Positions 35,385 through 44,208 of a stretch of 64,000 nt of DNA are shown here, piece after piece. Every line of letters begins with the position of its first letter. Position 1 is the stretch's first letter. The notes below the pieces were generated by a model, which saw nothing but the letters and a program-made list of their open reading frames with translations, was not told where the DNA came from and made no database searches. The position numbers and the translations under genes were made by a program. The DNA is from Escherichia coli (GTDB lineage: Bacteria > Pseudomonadota > Gammaproteobacteria > Enterobacterales > Enterobacteriaceae). The DNA lies in NCBI RefSeq assembly GCF_036507355.1, contig NZ_AP027877.1; one strand, given 5' to 3'.

Positions 35385-36077
35385 CTAGTGATAACCACGC
35401 GCGGTCATAAAATCCGTAATCGCTTTTTCTGCATCAACCAACACCTGTTCCAGTGGCTGATTGGCATCGATATCAACCAGTTGTGCACCACCAAAGGTTA
35501 ACTGTGGCGTTATGGCAATCTTCCTCGCCAGCGATTCCCGTTTATGGTCGGGTTTACGCATGCAGGCAACTTCAAGGTCAACATTGAGTTTGATGACCAG
35601 ATCAGGCTTATGGCTCGCCATCCAGTGAAACGCTTTACGTTCCTGGCTTGCCAGCCATGAGACAAAACGACCACCTTCAACGTTAGGTGGGAACACCGTA
35701 CCATCGTAAGCGCCAGGAATTTGGTCCTGAGGATAACGGTCGGTTAGAACAATTAACCCGCGACGACGACAGGCAAGCATATGACGAAAGCGCAGTAAGC
35801 GACGGGCGACAAACGCTGTAATTACCAGCGCCGGAACTGGTCCAGGCAATTTTTTTGCTGTTTTCACCTGATTTCGTTCAATTGTTTTATGTAAGGATTT
35901 TCCCATCAACGGTAATTTTGTCACTGCACGACCGACATTTCCGGCCTGTTTTCCTAAATGAACTCTTTCGGCAGCACCATATTTTTCGACAACGGTAATG
36001 AGATGTTCACACACCGTTGACTTGCCTGAACCATCGCTACCAATAACGGCAATTAATGGAGGTGTTATTGACTGCAT
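35385..36077 (-). CDS. yghT: P-loop kinase-like protein YghT (thymidylate/nucleoside-kinase-like fold)
   Basis: 230-aa ORF; Walker [13 protein letters not shown]-type motif LTDRYPQ, C-terminal RKPDH motif shared with YghS/YghR. Confidence 0.85.
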   Translation of the reverse strand: MQSITPPLIAVIGSDGSGKSTVCEHLITVVEKYGAAERVHLGKQAGNVGRAVTKLPLMGKSLHKTIERNQVKTAKKLPGPVPALVITAFVARRLLRFRHMLACRRRGLIVLTDRYPQDQIPGAYDGTVFPPNVEGGRFVSWLASQERKAFHWMASHKPDLVIKLNVDLEVACMRKPDHKRESLARKIAITPQLTFGGAQLVDIDANQPLEQVLVDAEKAITDFMTARGYH

Positions 36078-36155
36078 GAATATATCCTTTAATTTAAATA
36101 TCCATTAAAAATATTTATTTGGTTAATATGTTTTTATGAAAGCGTAATTCAGGTC

Positions 36156-36183
36156 AATGTCACAATTAACCATTGTCACAATA
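36156..36183. promoter_or_regulatory. Candidate operator in the yghT/yghS divergent promoter region
   Basis: AATGTCACAATT and the perfect 11-bp palindrome ATTGT-C-ACAAT lie 16 bp apart in an AT-rich 173-bp divergent intergenic region. Confidence 0.3.
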
Positions 36184-36250
36184 AGGTTGAACGGATATTC
36201 TGAGCACGGACCACGTAATATTCAATACATTATTTGCTGCCGGGTTTTTC

Positions 36251-36964
36251 GTGAATCAACGTAATATGTCAATAATTAATTCCACGCCAGTGCGTGTTAT
36301 TGCCATTGTAGGATGTGATGGTTCAGGTAAATCGACCCTCACGGCAAGCCTGGTAAATGAACTGGCAGCAAGAATACCAGCAGAACACATTTATCTCGGG
36401 CAATCGTCCGGGCGAATTGGCGAATGGATTTCACAGCTCCCTGTTATTGGCGCACCTTTTGGGCGTTATCTGCGAAGTAAAGCGGCACATGTGCACGAAA
36501 AGCCCTCAACACCGCCTGGCAATATTACTGCGCTGGTTATCTATCTGCTTTCCTGCTGGCGGGCGTACAAGTTTCGCAAAATGTTGTGTAGAAGCCAGCA
36601 AGGCCATCTGCTCATCACCGACCGCTACCCGCAGGTTGAAGTGCCGGGTTTTCGCTTTGATGGCCCGCAATTGGCAAAAACCACGGGCGGTAACGGTTGG
36701 ATAAAAATGTTAAGGCAGCGCGAGTTGAAGCTGTACCAATGGATGGCGTCTTATTTACCCGTATTGTTGATTCGTCTTGGCATTGATGAACAAACCGCGT
36801 TTGCGCGTAAACCTGACCACCAACTGGCAGCGTTACAGGAAAAAATCGCCGTTACGCCGCAACTGACATTCAATGGCGCAAAGATCCTTGAACTGGATGG
36901 TCGGCAACCAGCCGATGAAATTCTGCAAGCGTCACTACGCGCAATTCACGCCGCGCTTTCCTGA
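36251..36964 (+). CDS. yghS: P-loop kinase-like protein YghS (paralog of YghT/YghR)
   Basis: 237-aa ORF; Walker A GCDGSGKST, ITDRYPQ, ARKPDH motifs. Confidence 0.85.
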   Translation: MNQRNMSIINSTPVRVIAIVGCDGSGKSTLTASLVNELAARIPAEHIYLGQSSGRIGEWISQLPVIGAPFGRYLRSKAAHVHEKPSTPPGNITALVIYLLSCWRAYKFRKMLCRSQQGHLLITDRYPQVEVPGFRFDGPQLAKTTGGNGWIKMLRQRELKLYQWMASYLPVLLIRLGIDEQTAFARKPDHQLAALQEKIAVTPQLTFNGAKILELDGRQPADEILQASLRAIHAALS

Positions 36965-36995
36965 TCACCAAAATGGATAGGGGATGATTTAACGA

Positions 36996-37754
36996 ATGGA
37001 TGCACTACAAACACAAACTGTTATTAGTACAACCGCGCCGCAGCCCAACTACATTCCGGGGCTGATTGCGGTGGTCGGGTGTGATGGCACCGGTAAATCC
37101 ACACTGACCACCGACCTGGTGAAATCGCTGCAACAACACTGGCAAACCGAGCGGCGCTATCTGGGGCTGCTCTCCGGCGAAGACGGCGACAAAATCAAAC
37201 GATTGCCGTTGGTTGGCGTCTGGCTGGAACGGCGACTGGCGGCCAAATCCTCGAAAACCCAAAGCATGAAAACCAAATCTCCGGCGCTATGGGCGGCGGT
37301 GATTATGTACTGCTTCTCGCTGCGAAGAATGGCGAATCTACGCAAGGTTCAGCGACTGGCGCAAAGTGGCGTTCTGGTGGTCAGCGATCGCTTCCCGCAG
37401 GCTGAAATTTCGGGCTTTTATTATGATGGACCGGGGATTGGCGTCGAACGTGCGACCGGGAAAATAAGCATGTTTCTGGCGCAGCGCGAACGGCGTTTAT
37501 ACCAACAAATGGCGCAATATCGCCCGGAATTAATTATTCGCTTGGGCATTGATATTGAGACTGCCATCTCCCGCAAGCCTGACCATGACTATGCCGAGCT
37601 GCAGGACAAAATCGGTGTTATGTCGACGATTGGCTATAACGGCACAAAAATTCTTGAGATTGATTCCAGAGCGCCCTACAGCGAAGTGCTGGAACAGGCA
37701 CAGAAGGCGGTTTCTCTGGTTGCCATCGTTTCTGACCGCCGAAGTTTAACTTAA
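36996..37754 (+). CDS. yghR: P-loop kinase-like protein YghR (paralog of YghT/YghS)
   Basis: 252-aa ORF; Walker A GCDGTGKST, VSDRFPQ, SRKPDH motifs. Confidence 0.85.
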   Translation: MDALQTQTVISTTAPQPNYIPGLIAVVGCDGTGKSTLTTDLVKSLQQHWQTERRYLGLLSGEDGDKIKRLPLVGVWLERRLAAKSSKTQSMKTKSPALWAAVIMYCFSLRRMANLRKVQRLAQSGVLVVSDRFPQAEISGFYYDGPGIGVERATGKISMFLAQRERRLYQQMAQYRPELIIRLGIDIETAISRKPDHDYAELQDKIGVMSTIGYNGTKILEIDSRAPYSEVLEQAQKAVSLVAIVSDRRSLT

Positions 37755-37799
37755 GGCTGGCGGGATACTTTTTACTATCAACGATAAGGTCAGGCTGAA

Positions 37800-39149
37800 T
37801 TGGCGGGTTTTAACATCAAACATTGGTTTGCAGATGGCGCGTTTCGCACCATTATTCGCAATAGCGCCTGGTTAGGCTCCAGTAATGTCGTGAGCGCCTT
37901 GCTGGGTCTGTTGGCGCTCTCGTGTGCCGGTAAAGGGATGACGCCCGCCATGTTTGGCGTACTGGTGATTGTGCAATCGTACGCCAAGTCGATCAGCGAT
38001 TTTATTAAGTTTCAGACATGGCAGCTGGTGGTTCAGTACGGAACACCAGCATTAACCAACAATAATCCGCAGCAATTTCGCAATGTCGTCTCATTTTCCT
38101 TCTCGCTGGATATCGTCAGCGGCGCGGTGGCGATTGTCGGCGGCATTGCCTTACTGCCATTCCTTTCCCATTCATTAGGTCTGGATGACCAAAGCTTTTG
38201 GCTGGCGGCGCTGTATTGCACGTTCATTCCTTCAATGGCTTCCTCCACGCCGACCGGCATTCTGCGTGCGGTAGATCGCTTTGATTTGATTGCTGTACAG
38301 CAGGCGACGAAACCTTTTCTGCGCGCAGCGGGGAGCGTCGCAGCCTGGTATTTTGACTTTGGTTTTGCGGGTTTTGTTATTGCCTGGTACGTGTCGAATC
38401 TGGTTGGCGGCACCATGTACTGGTGGTTTGCCGCGCACGAATTACGCCGCAGAAATATCCATAACGCCTTCAAATTGAATCTGTTTGAGTCTGCCCGACA
38501 CATTAAAGGCGCGTGGAGTTTTGTCTGGTCAACCAACATTGCCCACTCCATCTGGTCGGCGCGTAACTCGTGCAGCACAGTGTTGGTGGGGATCGTGTTA
38601 GGACCCGCTGCCGCCGGGTTATTTAAAATCGCCATGACATTCTTCGATGCCGCCGGAACGCCAGCGGGTTTGCTGGGTAAAAGTTTTTACCCAGAGGTGA
38701 TGCGTTTAGATCCGCGCACCACCAGACCGTGGTTGTTAGGCGTGAAGTCCGGTTTACTGGCGGGCGGAATCGGTATTCTGGTGGCGCTCGCGGTGTTGAT
38801 CGTCGGCAAGCCGCTCATTTCGCTGGTGTTTGGCGTTAAGTATCTCGAAGCGTATGACCTGATTCAGGTGATGCTGGGCGCAATTGTGATCTCGATGCTG
38901 GGTTTCCCGCAGGAGTCATTGCTATTGATGGCGGGAAAACAGCGCGCTTTTCTCGTGGCGCAAACCATCGCCTCAATCGGCTACATCGTATTGCTGTTCA
39001 TGTTCTGTCATCTGTTTGGTGTGCTGGGAGCAGCGTTTGCTTACTTCGGTGGGCAATGTCTGGACGTGGCGCTCTCGTTAATTCCAACCTTAAAGGCATT
39101 TTTTCAGCGCCATTCCTTGCTTTATAACGCAGCCGGAGAGAAATCCTGA
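37800..39149 (+). CDS. yghQ: Polysaccharide-biosynthesis/MOP-flippase-family inner membrane protein YghQ (apparently full length)
   Basis: 449-codon ORF from a TTG at 37800 (true start may be an internal ATG); highly hydrophobic multi-TM protein; I recall K-12 YghQ as shorter. Confidence 0.8.
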   Translation: MAGFNIKHWFADGAFRTIIRNSAWLGSSNVVSALLGLLALSCAGKGMTPAMFGVLVIVQSYAKSISDFIKFQTWQLVVQYGTPALTNNNPQQFRNVVSFSFSLDIVSGAVAIVGGIALLPFLSHSLGLDDQSFWLAALYCTFIPSMASSTPTGILRAVDRFDLIAVQQATKPFLRAAGSVAAWYFDFGFAGFVIAWYVSNLVGGTMYWWFAAHELRRRNIHNAFKLNLFESARHIKGAWSFVWSTNIAHSIWSARNSCSTVLVGIVLGPAAAGLFKIAMTFFDAAGTPAGLLGKSFYPEVMRLDPRTTRPWLLGVKSGLLAGGIGILVALAVLIVGKPLISLVFGVKYLEAYDLIQVMLGAIVISMLGFPQESLLLMAGKQRAFLVAQTIASIGYIVLLFMFCHLFGVLGAAFAYFGGQCLDVALSLIPTLKAFFQRHSLLYNAAGEKS

Positions 39150-39973
39150 TGATGAGAAAATATTTCCCGCTTGAGGCGAGCGAGCATCTATTTGTTGCGA
39201 TTGAGGAAGATGATGTTGTTGATGCCCAGGTCAGTTTGCCGCCGACTATCGCACTAAGTTGTACCACCGAAATCATCCATGATAATTACGCGTTATGCCT
39301 GCAATTCTGGCTCAATGGCGTTGATCGTCAGGAATTACTTCGTTTAATTCGCAAACAAGCCAAAGGCGATGAGCTGACGACAGACGAGCGTAAACAGTTT
39401 AAATACATGCGAGCGCGCTACAAGCATCTACGTTTTGCACAACGGCTGTATTTAAAAAAGCATCAGGCCAGATTTTTATTCGGCAAAACGACCGTTTTTC
39501 TGGGACGTTTTCAGGACGGATTTCGTAACGGTAAGAAAAATATTGTGTCGTATTACGGCAACCTGTTACGAATTTATTTAAGCTCTCCGGTCTGGTCGTT
39601 GGTGAACTATTCATTACGCCATAGCCAGTTAGAAAGCGTAAGCGGTTTTATTGCCTATCGGCAAAAGCAAATGCATACCCTGAAAGAGATTATTGCCAAA
39701 CCGCGACTAACCGGCAGGGAATTTCATGATGTGCGAAAAATCATCAGCCAGCAGGTTTCTTATTACGACACCTTAAGATCGCTTGATCCTGAAAATAAAG
39801 AGGCGTTACAGATTTCCCGTTTCCTCGCCGCCATTAATGGCCTGATGGGGGATCAACACGACGACATGGTGGCGGATGATATGGAAAACCGCCAGTCGTA
39901 TGATGCACCGGTGGCGCTGGATAGCGATATTCGCCAGCGCTTAGAGCTGCTGATTTCGCGTTTTCCGCTATAA
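39149..39973 (+). CDS. Hypothetical basic protein (274 aa), no family recognised
   Basis: ATG overlaps the yghQ stop (TGATG), implying translational coupling; ORF MMRKYFPLEASEHLFVAIEEDDVV...; within a same-strand gene array. Confidence 0.65.
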   Translation: MMRKYFPLEASEHLFVAIEEDDVVDAQVSLPPTIALSCTTEIIHDNYALCLQFWLNGVDRQELLRLIRKQAKGDELTTDERKQFKYMRARYKHLRFAQRLYLKKHQARFLFGKTTVFLGRFQDGFRNGKKNIVSYYGNLLRIYLSSPVWSLVNYSLRHSQLESVSGFIAYRQKQMHTLKEIIAKPRLTGREFHDVRKIISQQVSYYDTLRSLDPENKEALQISRFLAAINGLMGDQHDDMVADDMENRQSYDAPVALDSDIRQRLELLISRFPL

Positions 39974-39981
39974 CCGGAGCA

Positions 39982-40545
39982 ATGATGTCATCTCGTTTGA
40001 TTATTGCGCTGATTATCATGCTCTTAGCCCCGGGTGTGCAGGCACACAATTTCGTCACTGGCAAAACGGTTACCCCTGTTTATATTCAGGAAGGCGGCGA
40101 GCTGCTTCTGAATAGCGACGACGAAATTCACTACCAAAAGTGGAACAGCACACAATTGGCGGGAAAAGTCCGAATTATCCAGTATATCGCCGGGCGTAAG
40201 TCGGCGAAGAAAAAGAACTCACTGTTAATTAAAGCGGTTGAAGCGGCAAACTTTCCGCAGGATCGTTTTCAGCCCACCACCATTGTGAACACCGATGATG
40301 CCATCTTTGGTACTGGCTATTTTGTTGTTGGCAAAATCGAAAAAAATAAACGCCACTATCCGTGGGCGCAATTCGTTATTGACGGCAATGGACAGGGACG
40401 CGTTGCCTGGCGCTTGCCGGAGCAGAGTTCAACCATTCTGGTGCTGAATAAAGCCGGGCAAATTCAGTGGGCAAAGGACGGCAGCCTGACGCCGGAAGAG
40501 GTAGATCATGTTATTGCGCTGGCGCAGAAACTGATCAATGAATAA
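39982..40545 (+). CDS. YtfJ-family periplasmic protein (paralog of E. coli YtfJ)
   Basis: 187-aa ORF with signal peptide; HNFVTGKTVTPVYIQEGGELLLNSDDEIHYQKWNSTQLAGKVRIIQYIAGR closely parallels my recollection of the YtfJ sequence. Confidence 0.7.
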   Translation: MMSSRLIIALIIMLLAPGVQAHNFVTGKTVTPVYIQEGGELLLNSDDEIHYQKWNSTQLAGKVRIIQYIAGRKSAKKKNSLLIKAVEAANFPQDRFQPTTIVNTDDAIFGTGYFVVGKIEKNKRHYPWAQFVIDGNGQGRVAWRLPEQSSTILVLNKAGQIQWAKDGSLTPEEVDHVIALAQKLINE

Positions 40546-40575
40546 AAAATTCAAAGGATTGAGGGCGTTAGTGAG

Positions 40576-41646
40576 ATGAAGCTGGTTGAACACTACATCA
40601 TGCGTGGTACGCGCCGTCTGGTGCTGATTATCGTCGGTTTTCTGATCTTTATTTTCGCCAGCTACTCCGCACAGCGTTATCTGACCGAAGCGGCAAATGG
40701 GACATTAGCTCTTGATGTTGTGCTGGATATCGTTTTCTACAAAGTGCTGATTGCACTGGAGATGTTGTTACCTGTTGGTCTGTATGTGTCAGTTGGCGTG
40801 ACGCTAGGGCAGATGTATACCGACTCGGAAATTACCGCTATCTCTGCGGCGGGGGGCAGTCCGGGACGCTTGTACAAAGCCGTTCTTTATCTGGCGATAC
40901 CGCTAAGTATTTTTGTCACCCTTCTGTCGATGTATGGTCGTCCGTGGGCTTATGCGCAGATTTATCAACTGGAGCAGCAGTCGCAGTCGGAGCTGGATGT
41001 TCGCCAGTTGCGGGCAAAGAAATTTAACACTAACGATAACGGACGAATGATCCTTTCGCAGACGGTTGATCAGGATAATAATCGCCTGACTGACGCGCTG
41101 ATTTATACTTCTACTGCCAATCGAACCCGCATTTTCCGCGCCCGTTCGGTTGATGTGGTTGACCCATCACCCGAGAAACCGACCGTTATGTTGCACAACG
41201 GCACTGCCTATCTTCTCGATCATCAGGGGCGTGACGACAACGAACAGATCTACCGTAATCTGCAATTACATCTGAATCCGCTGGATCAAAGCCCTAACGT
41301 CAAACGCAAAGCGAAATCGGTCACGGAGCTGGCGCGCTCCGTCTTTCCAGCCGATCATGCCGAACTGCAATGGCGACAAAGCCGTGGCCTGACCGCATTG
41401 TTGATGGCGCTGCTGGCCATTTCATTAAGTCGGGTAAAACCGCGGCAAGGGCGATTTTCAACATTATTGCCACTGACGTTGCTGTTTATTGCCATTTTTT
41501 ATGGCGGCGACGTCTGCCGTACGCTGGTGGCTAACGGCGCGATTCCCCTCATTCCTGGTTTGTGGTTAGTACCCGGACTCATGCTAATGGGCCTGCTGAT
41601 GCTGGTCGCACGCGACTTCTCTTTGCTGCAGAAATTTTCCCGATGA
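40576..41646 (+). CDS. LptF/LptG-family (YjgP/YjgQ) permease paralog 1
   Basis: 356-aa ORF; N-terminal TM segments; region LEMLLPVGLYVSVGVTLGQMYTDSEITAISAAG parallels the LptF motif [29 protein letters not shown] recalled from memory. Confidence 0.8.
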   Translation: MKLVEHYIMRGTRRLVLIIVGFLIFIFASYSAQRYLTEAANGTLALDVVLDIVFYKVLIALEMLLPVGLYVSVGVTLGQMYTDSEITAISAAGGSPGRLYKAVLYLAIPLSIFVTLLSMYGRPWAYAQIYQLEQQSQSELDVRQLRAKKFNTNDNGRMILSQTVDQDNNRLTDALIYTSTANRTRIFRARSVDVVDPSPEKPTVMLHNGTAYLLDHQGRDDNEQIYRNLQLHLNPLDQSPNVKRKAKSVTELARSVFPADHAELQWRQSRGLTALLMALLAISLSRVKPRQGRFSTLLPLTLLFIAIFYGGDVCRTLVANGAIPLIPGLWLVPGLMLMGLLMLVARDFSLLQKFSR

Positions 41647-42722
41647 ATGTTTTCAGTCGCTATTTAATCCGTCATCTCTTTCTCGGTTTTGCCGCCGCCG
41701 CAGGGCTATTGCTGCCGCTTTTTACCACCTTCAACCTGATTAACGAACTGGATGATGTCAGCCCGGGCGGTTATCGCTGGACTCAGGCGGTGCTGGTGGT
41801 GCTAATGACCTTACCGCGCACACTTGTCGAACTTTCGCCATTTATCGCCTTATTGGGAGGGATTGTCGGCCTGGGGCAGCTATCGAAAAACAGTGAGCTT
41901 ACCGCCATTCGCAGCACGGGGTTTTCTATCTTCCGTATTGCACTGGTGGCGCTGGTTGCCGGGATATTGTGGACTGTTTCGTTAGGCGCGATAGATGAGC
42001 GGGTAGCGTCGCCATTGCAGCAACAGGCGCTGCAAATCAAATCGACCGCCACCGCGTTGGGGGAGGACGATGACATTACCGGCAATATGCTGTGGGCCAG
42101 GCGCGGCAATGAATTTGTGACGGTGAAATCGCTGAATGAGCAGGGCCAGCCTGTGGGCGTGGAGATTTTTCATTATCGTGACGATCTCTCGCTCGAATCC
42201 TACATTTATGCACGCAGTGCCACCATTGAAGACGACAAAACGTGGATCCTGCATGGTGTGAATCATAAAAAATGGCTGAATGGCAAAGAAACGCTGGAAA
42301 CATTAGATAATCTTGCCTGGCAATCGGCCTTCACCAGTATGGATCTTGAAGAGCTATCGATGCCGGGGAATACTTTTTCTGTCCGTCAGCTTAATCATTA
42401 CATCCATTATTTGCAGGAAACCGGGCAACCCAGCAGCGAATACCGCCTTGCACTGTGGGAAAAACTGGGGCAACCCATCCTGACCCTGGCGATGATTTTG
42501 CTGGCTGTGCCGTTTACCTTTAGCGCCCCGCGCTCGCCAGGGATGGGTAGCCGTCTCGCTGTAGGCGTCATCGTTGGCTTACTCACCTGGATCAGCTATC
42601 AAATCATGGTCAATTTGGGATTGCTATTTGCGTTAAGCGCACCTGTTACCGCGCTCGGTTTACCGATAGCGTTTGTGCTGGTGGCGTTGAGCCTGGTGTA
42701 TTGGTATGACAGACAACATTAA
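41643..42722 (+). CDS. LptF/LptG-family (YjgP/YjgQ) permease paralog 2
   Basis: ORF 41562-42722 trimmed to ATG 41643 (MNVFSRYLIRHLFLGF..., 359 aa) overlapping the upstream stop (ATGA); same architecture as paralog 1. Confidence 0.8.
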   Translation: MNVFSRYLIRHLFLGFAAAAGLLLPLFTTFNLINELDDVSPGGYRWTQAVLVVLMTLPRTLVELSPFIALLGGIVGLGQLSKNSELTAIRSTGFSIFRIALVALVAGILWTVSLGAIDERVASPLQQQALQIKSTATALGEDDDITGNMLWARRGNEFVTVKSLNEQGQPVGVEIFHYRDDLSLESYIYARSATIEDDKTWILHGVNHKKWLNGKETLETLDNLAWQSAFTSMDLEELSMPGNTFSVRQLNHYIHYLQETGQPSSEYRLALWEKLGQPILTLAMILLAVPFTFSAPRSPGMGSRLAVGVIVGLLTWISYQIMVNLGLLFALSAPVTALGLPIAFVLVALSLVYWYDRQH

Positions 42723-42723
42723 A

Positions 42724-42750
42724 CCCGCCGTGGCGCAACACCACGGCGGG
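42724..42750. terminator. Hairpin between convergent operons (putative bidirectional terminator)
   Basis: CCCGCCGTGG-CGCAACA-CCACGGCGGG perfect 10-bp stem in the 34-bp gap between the two convergent stops. Confidence 0.5.
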
Positions 42751-42756
42751 CTCACA

Positions 42757-43929
42757 TTACTGCTTCAGAGTAGCAAATGCCTGAATGATGGCATCGATTT
42801 GCTCACGACTGTGGGCAGCGTTTACGCTACAGCGCAGCAGCGTGATGCCTGCAGGCGCGGCAGGTGGCAGGATAAGATTCACATAAACGCCCAGCGAAAT
42901 AAGCTCGCGCCAGATGCGTAAACCTTCCTCTTTCGAACCGATTATTACCGGCACTACCGGACTAATATGTGAACTTAACTCATAACTCAGCTTTTGCAGC
43001 CCGTCATACAGATGGTTGGCATTATCCATCAGTTTTTGCCGCAACTCTGGTTGAGTGGCAATGGTTCTTAACGACGAGCGCACGGTTGCAATGCAGGAAG
43101 GAGAAGGGGAGGCGGTAAAAATATACGGACGACTGCCGTAGCGCAGCACTTCCATCGCTTCCGAACCCACGGCAAAACCACCAATAGAAGCCAGGCTTTT
43201 ACTGAAGGTGCCAACGATAATATCCACATCATCTTCAACGCCAACGGCTTCAACCAGCCCGCGCCCCGTTGCGCCTAACACGCCAAACGAGTGAGCTTCA
43301 TCGACAATTAAATATCCGCCGAGACGACGTTTGATATCAACAATTTCCGCCAGCGGCGCAACGTCACCGAGCATACTGTAGATGCCCTCAACGATGATAA
43401 TCGCCTCTTTCGCCCGTTCACCGAGGCGAACCATGCGCCGTTCCAGATCTTTAGCATCGTTATGGCGGAAACGAATAATTTCCGCGCCACCGAGAGAACA
43501 GGCGTCATAAATACTGGCGTGGCTGTCAGCATCCAGTAACACCACGGCGTTATGGTCGGCAAGTGCGCTGATGACGCCTAAATTAGCGGTATAACCGGTT
43601 GAAAAAACGATAGCGGTAGGGCGATTGAAAAACTCAGCAATCTCTTTCTCTAACGCCAGATGCGGCGCATAACTGCCGTTTGCCATACGAGAACCGGTGG
43701 TGCCGGTGCCTTGGGCCGCTAACGCTGCCTGACCTTCGGCGATGGCATCATGATTGAAGGTTAATCCGAGATAATTATTGGTCCCGGCCAGAATCACTTT
43801 TTTATTGCCGATCCGGCCTTCGGTGGCGGAATACACTTCATCAATACAGGTGCCAAACGGTGTTAACCCGTTGTCACTAAATTGCAGACGCTCGCCAGCA
43901 AGGCGCGCATATTTATCGTATAGCCCCAT
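42757..43929 (-). CDS. PLP-dependent alpha-oxoamine synthase, serine-palmitoyltransferase-like
   Basis: 390-aa ORF; DEAHSFGVLG and GTFSKSLASIGGF (PLP-lysine motif of the AONS/SPT/KBL family); ATG overlaps the stop of the upstream ACP gene. Confidence 0.85.
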   Translation of the reverse strand: MGLYDKYARLAGERLQFSDNGLTPFGTCIDEVYSATEGRIGNKKVILAGTNNYLGLTFNHDAIAEGQAALAAQGTGTTGSRMANGSYAPHLALEKEIAEFFNRPTAIVFSTGYTANLGVISALADHNAVVLLDADSHASIYDACSLGGAEIIRFRHNDAKDLERRMVRLGERAKEAIIIVEGIYSMLGDVAPLAEIVDIKRRLGGYLIVDEAHSFGVLGATGRGLVEAVGVEDDVDIIVGTFSKSLASIGGFAVGSEAMEVLRYGSRPYIFTASPSPSCIATVRSSLRTIATQPELRQKLMDNANHLYDGLQKLSYELSSHISPVVPVIIGSKEEGLRIWRELISLGVYVNLILPPAAPAGITLLRCSVNAAHSREQIDAIIQAFATLKQ

Positions 43930-44177
43930 TATTTATTCTCCAGCCATGGAAGTAGAGTTTCCATTAATTGCGCAGGGGTTTTGACATCCAGCAGAATATT
44001 AATAGGAATGGAAATATCGAATCTGTCTTCCAGCATCATTAAGAGATCCATCACTTTGATCGACTCCAGGCCAAGATCGTTGACGAGATCGCTGTCGGGC
44101 TTAATTTCCACACCGTTTTCGACCAAATCCTGTAAACAGGAAAGGATGTAATCCATTACTATTTCACGATTTACCAT
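43929..44177 (-). CDS. Acyl carrier protein (dedicated, non-AcpP)
   Basis: 82-aa acidic ORF with DLGLESIKVMDL phosphopantetheine-attachment-type serine motif. Confidence 0.8.
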   Translation of the reverse strand: MVNREIVMDYILSCLQDLVENGVEIKPDSDLVNDLGLESIKVMDLLMMLEDRFDISIPINILLDVKTPAQLMETLLPWLENK

Positions 44178-44208
44178 AGAAACGTTAACACACCTTTAAA
44201 CAAGACAA

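Noticed and set aside
35385-37754. YghT/YghS/YghR as the missing ABC ATPase for the LptF/LptG-like permeases
   Set aside because: They have Walker A and a DRY-type kinase motif but no ABC signature (LSGGQ-type) or Q/H-loop pattern, and are the wrong size and architecture for LptB-like proteins.
38033-38635. 200-aa minus-strand ORF inside yghQ
   Set aside because: Antisense to the membrane protein gene; shadow ORF.
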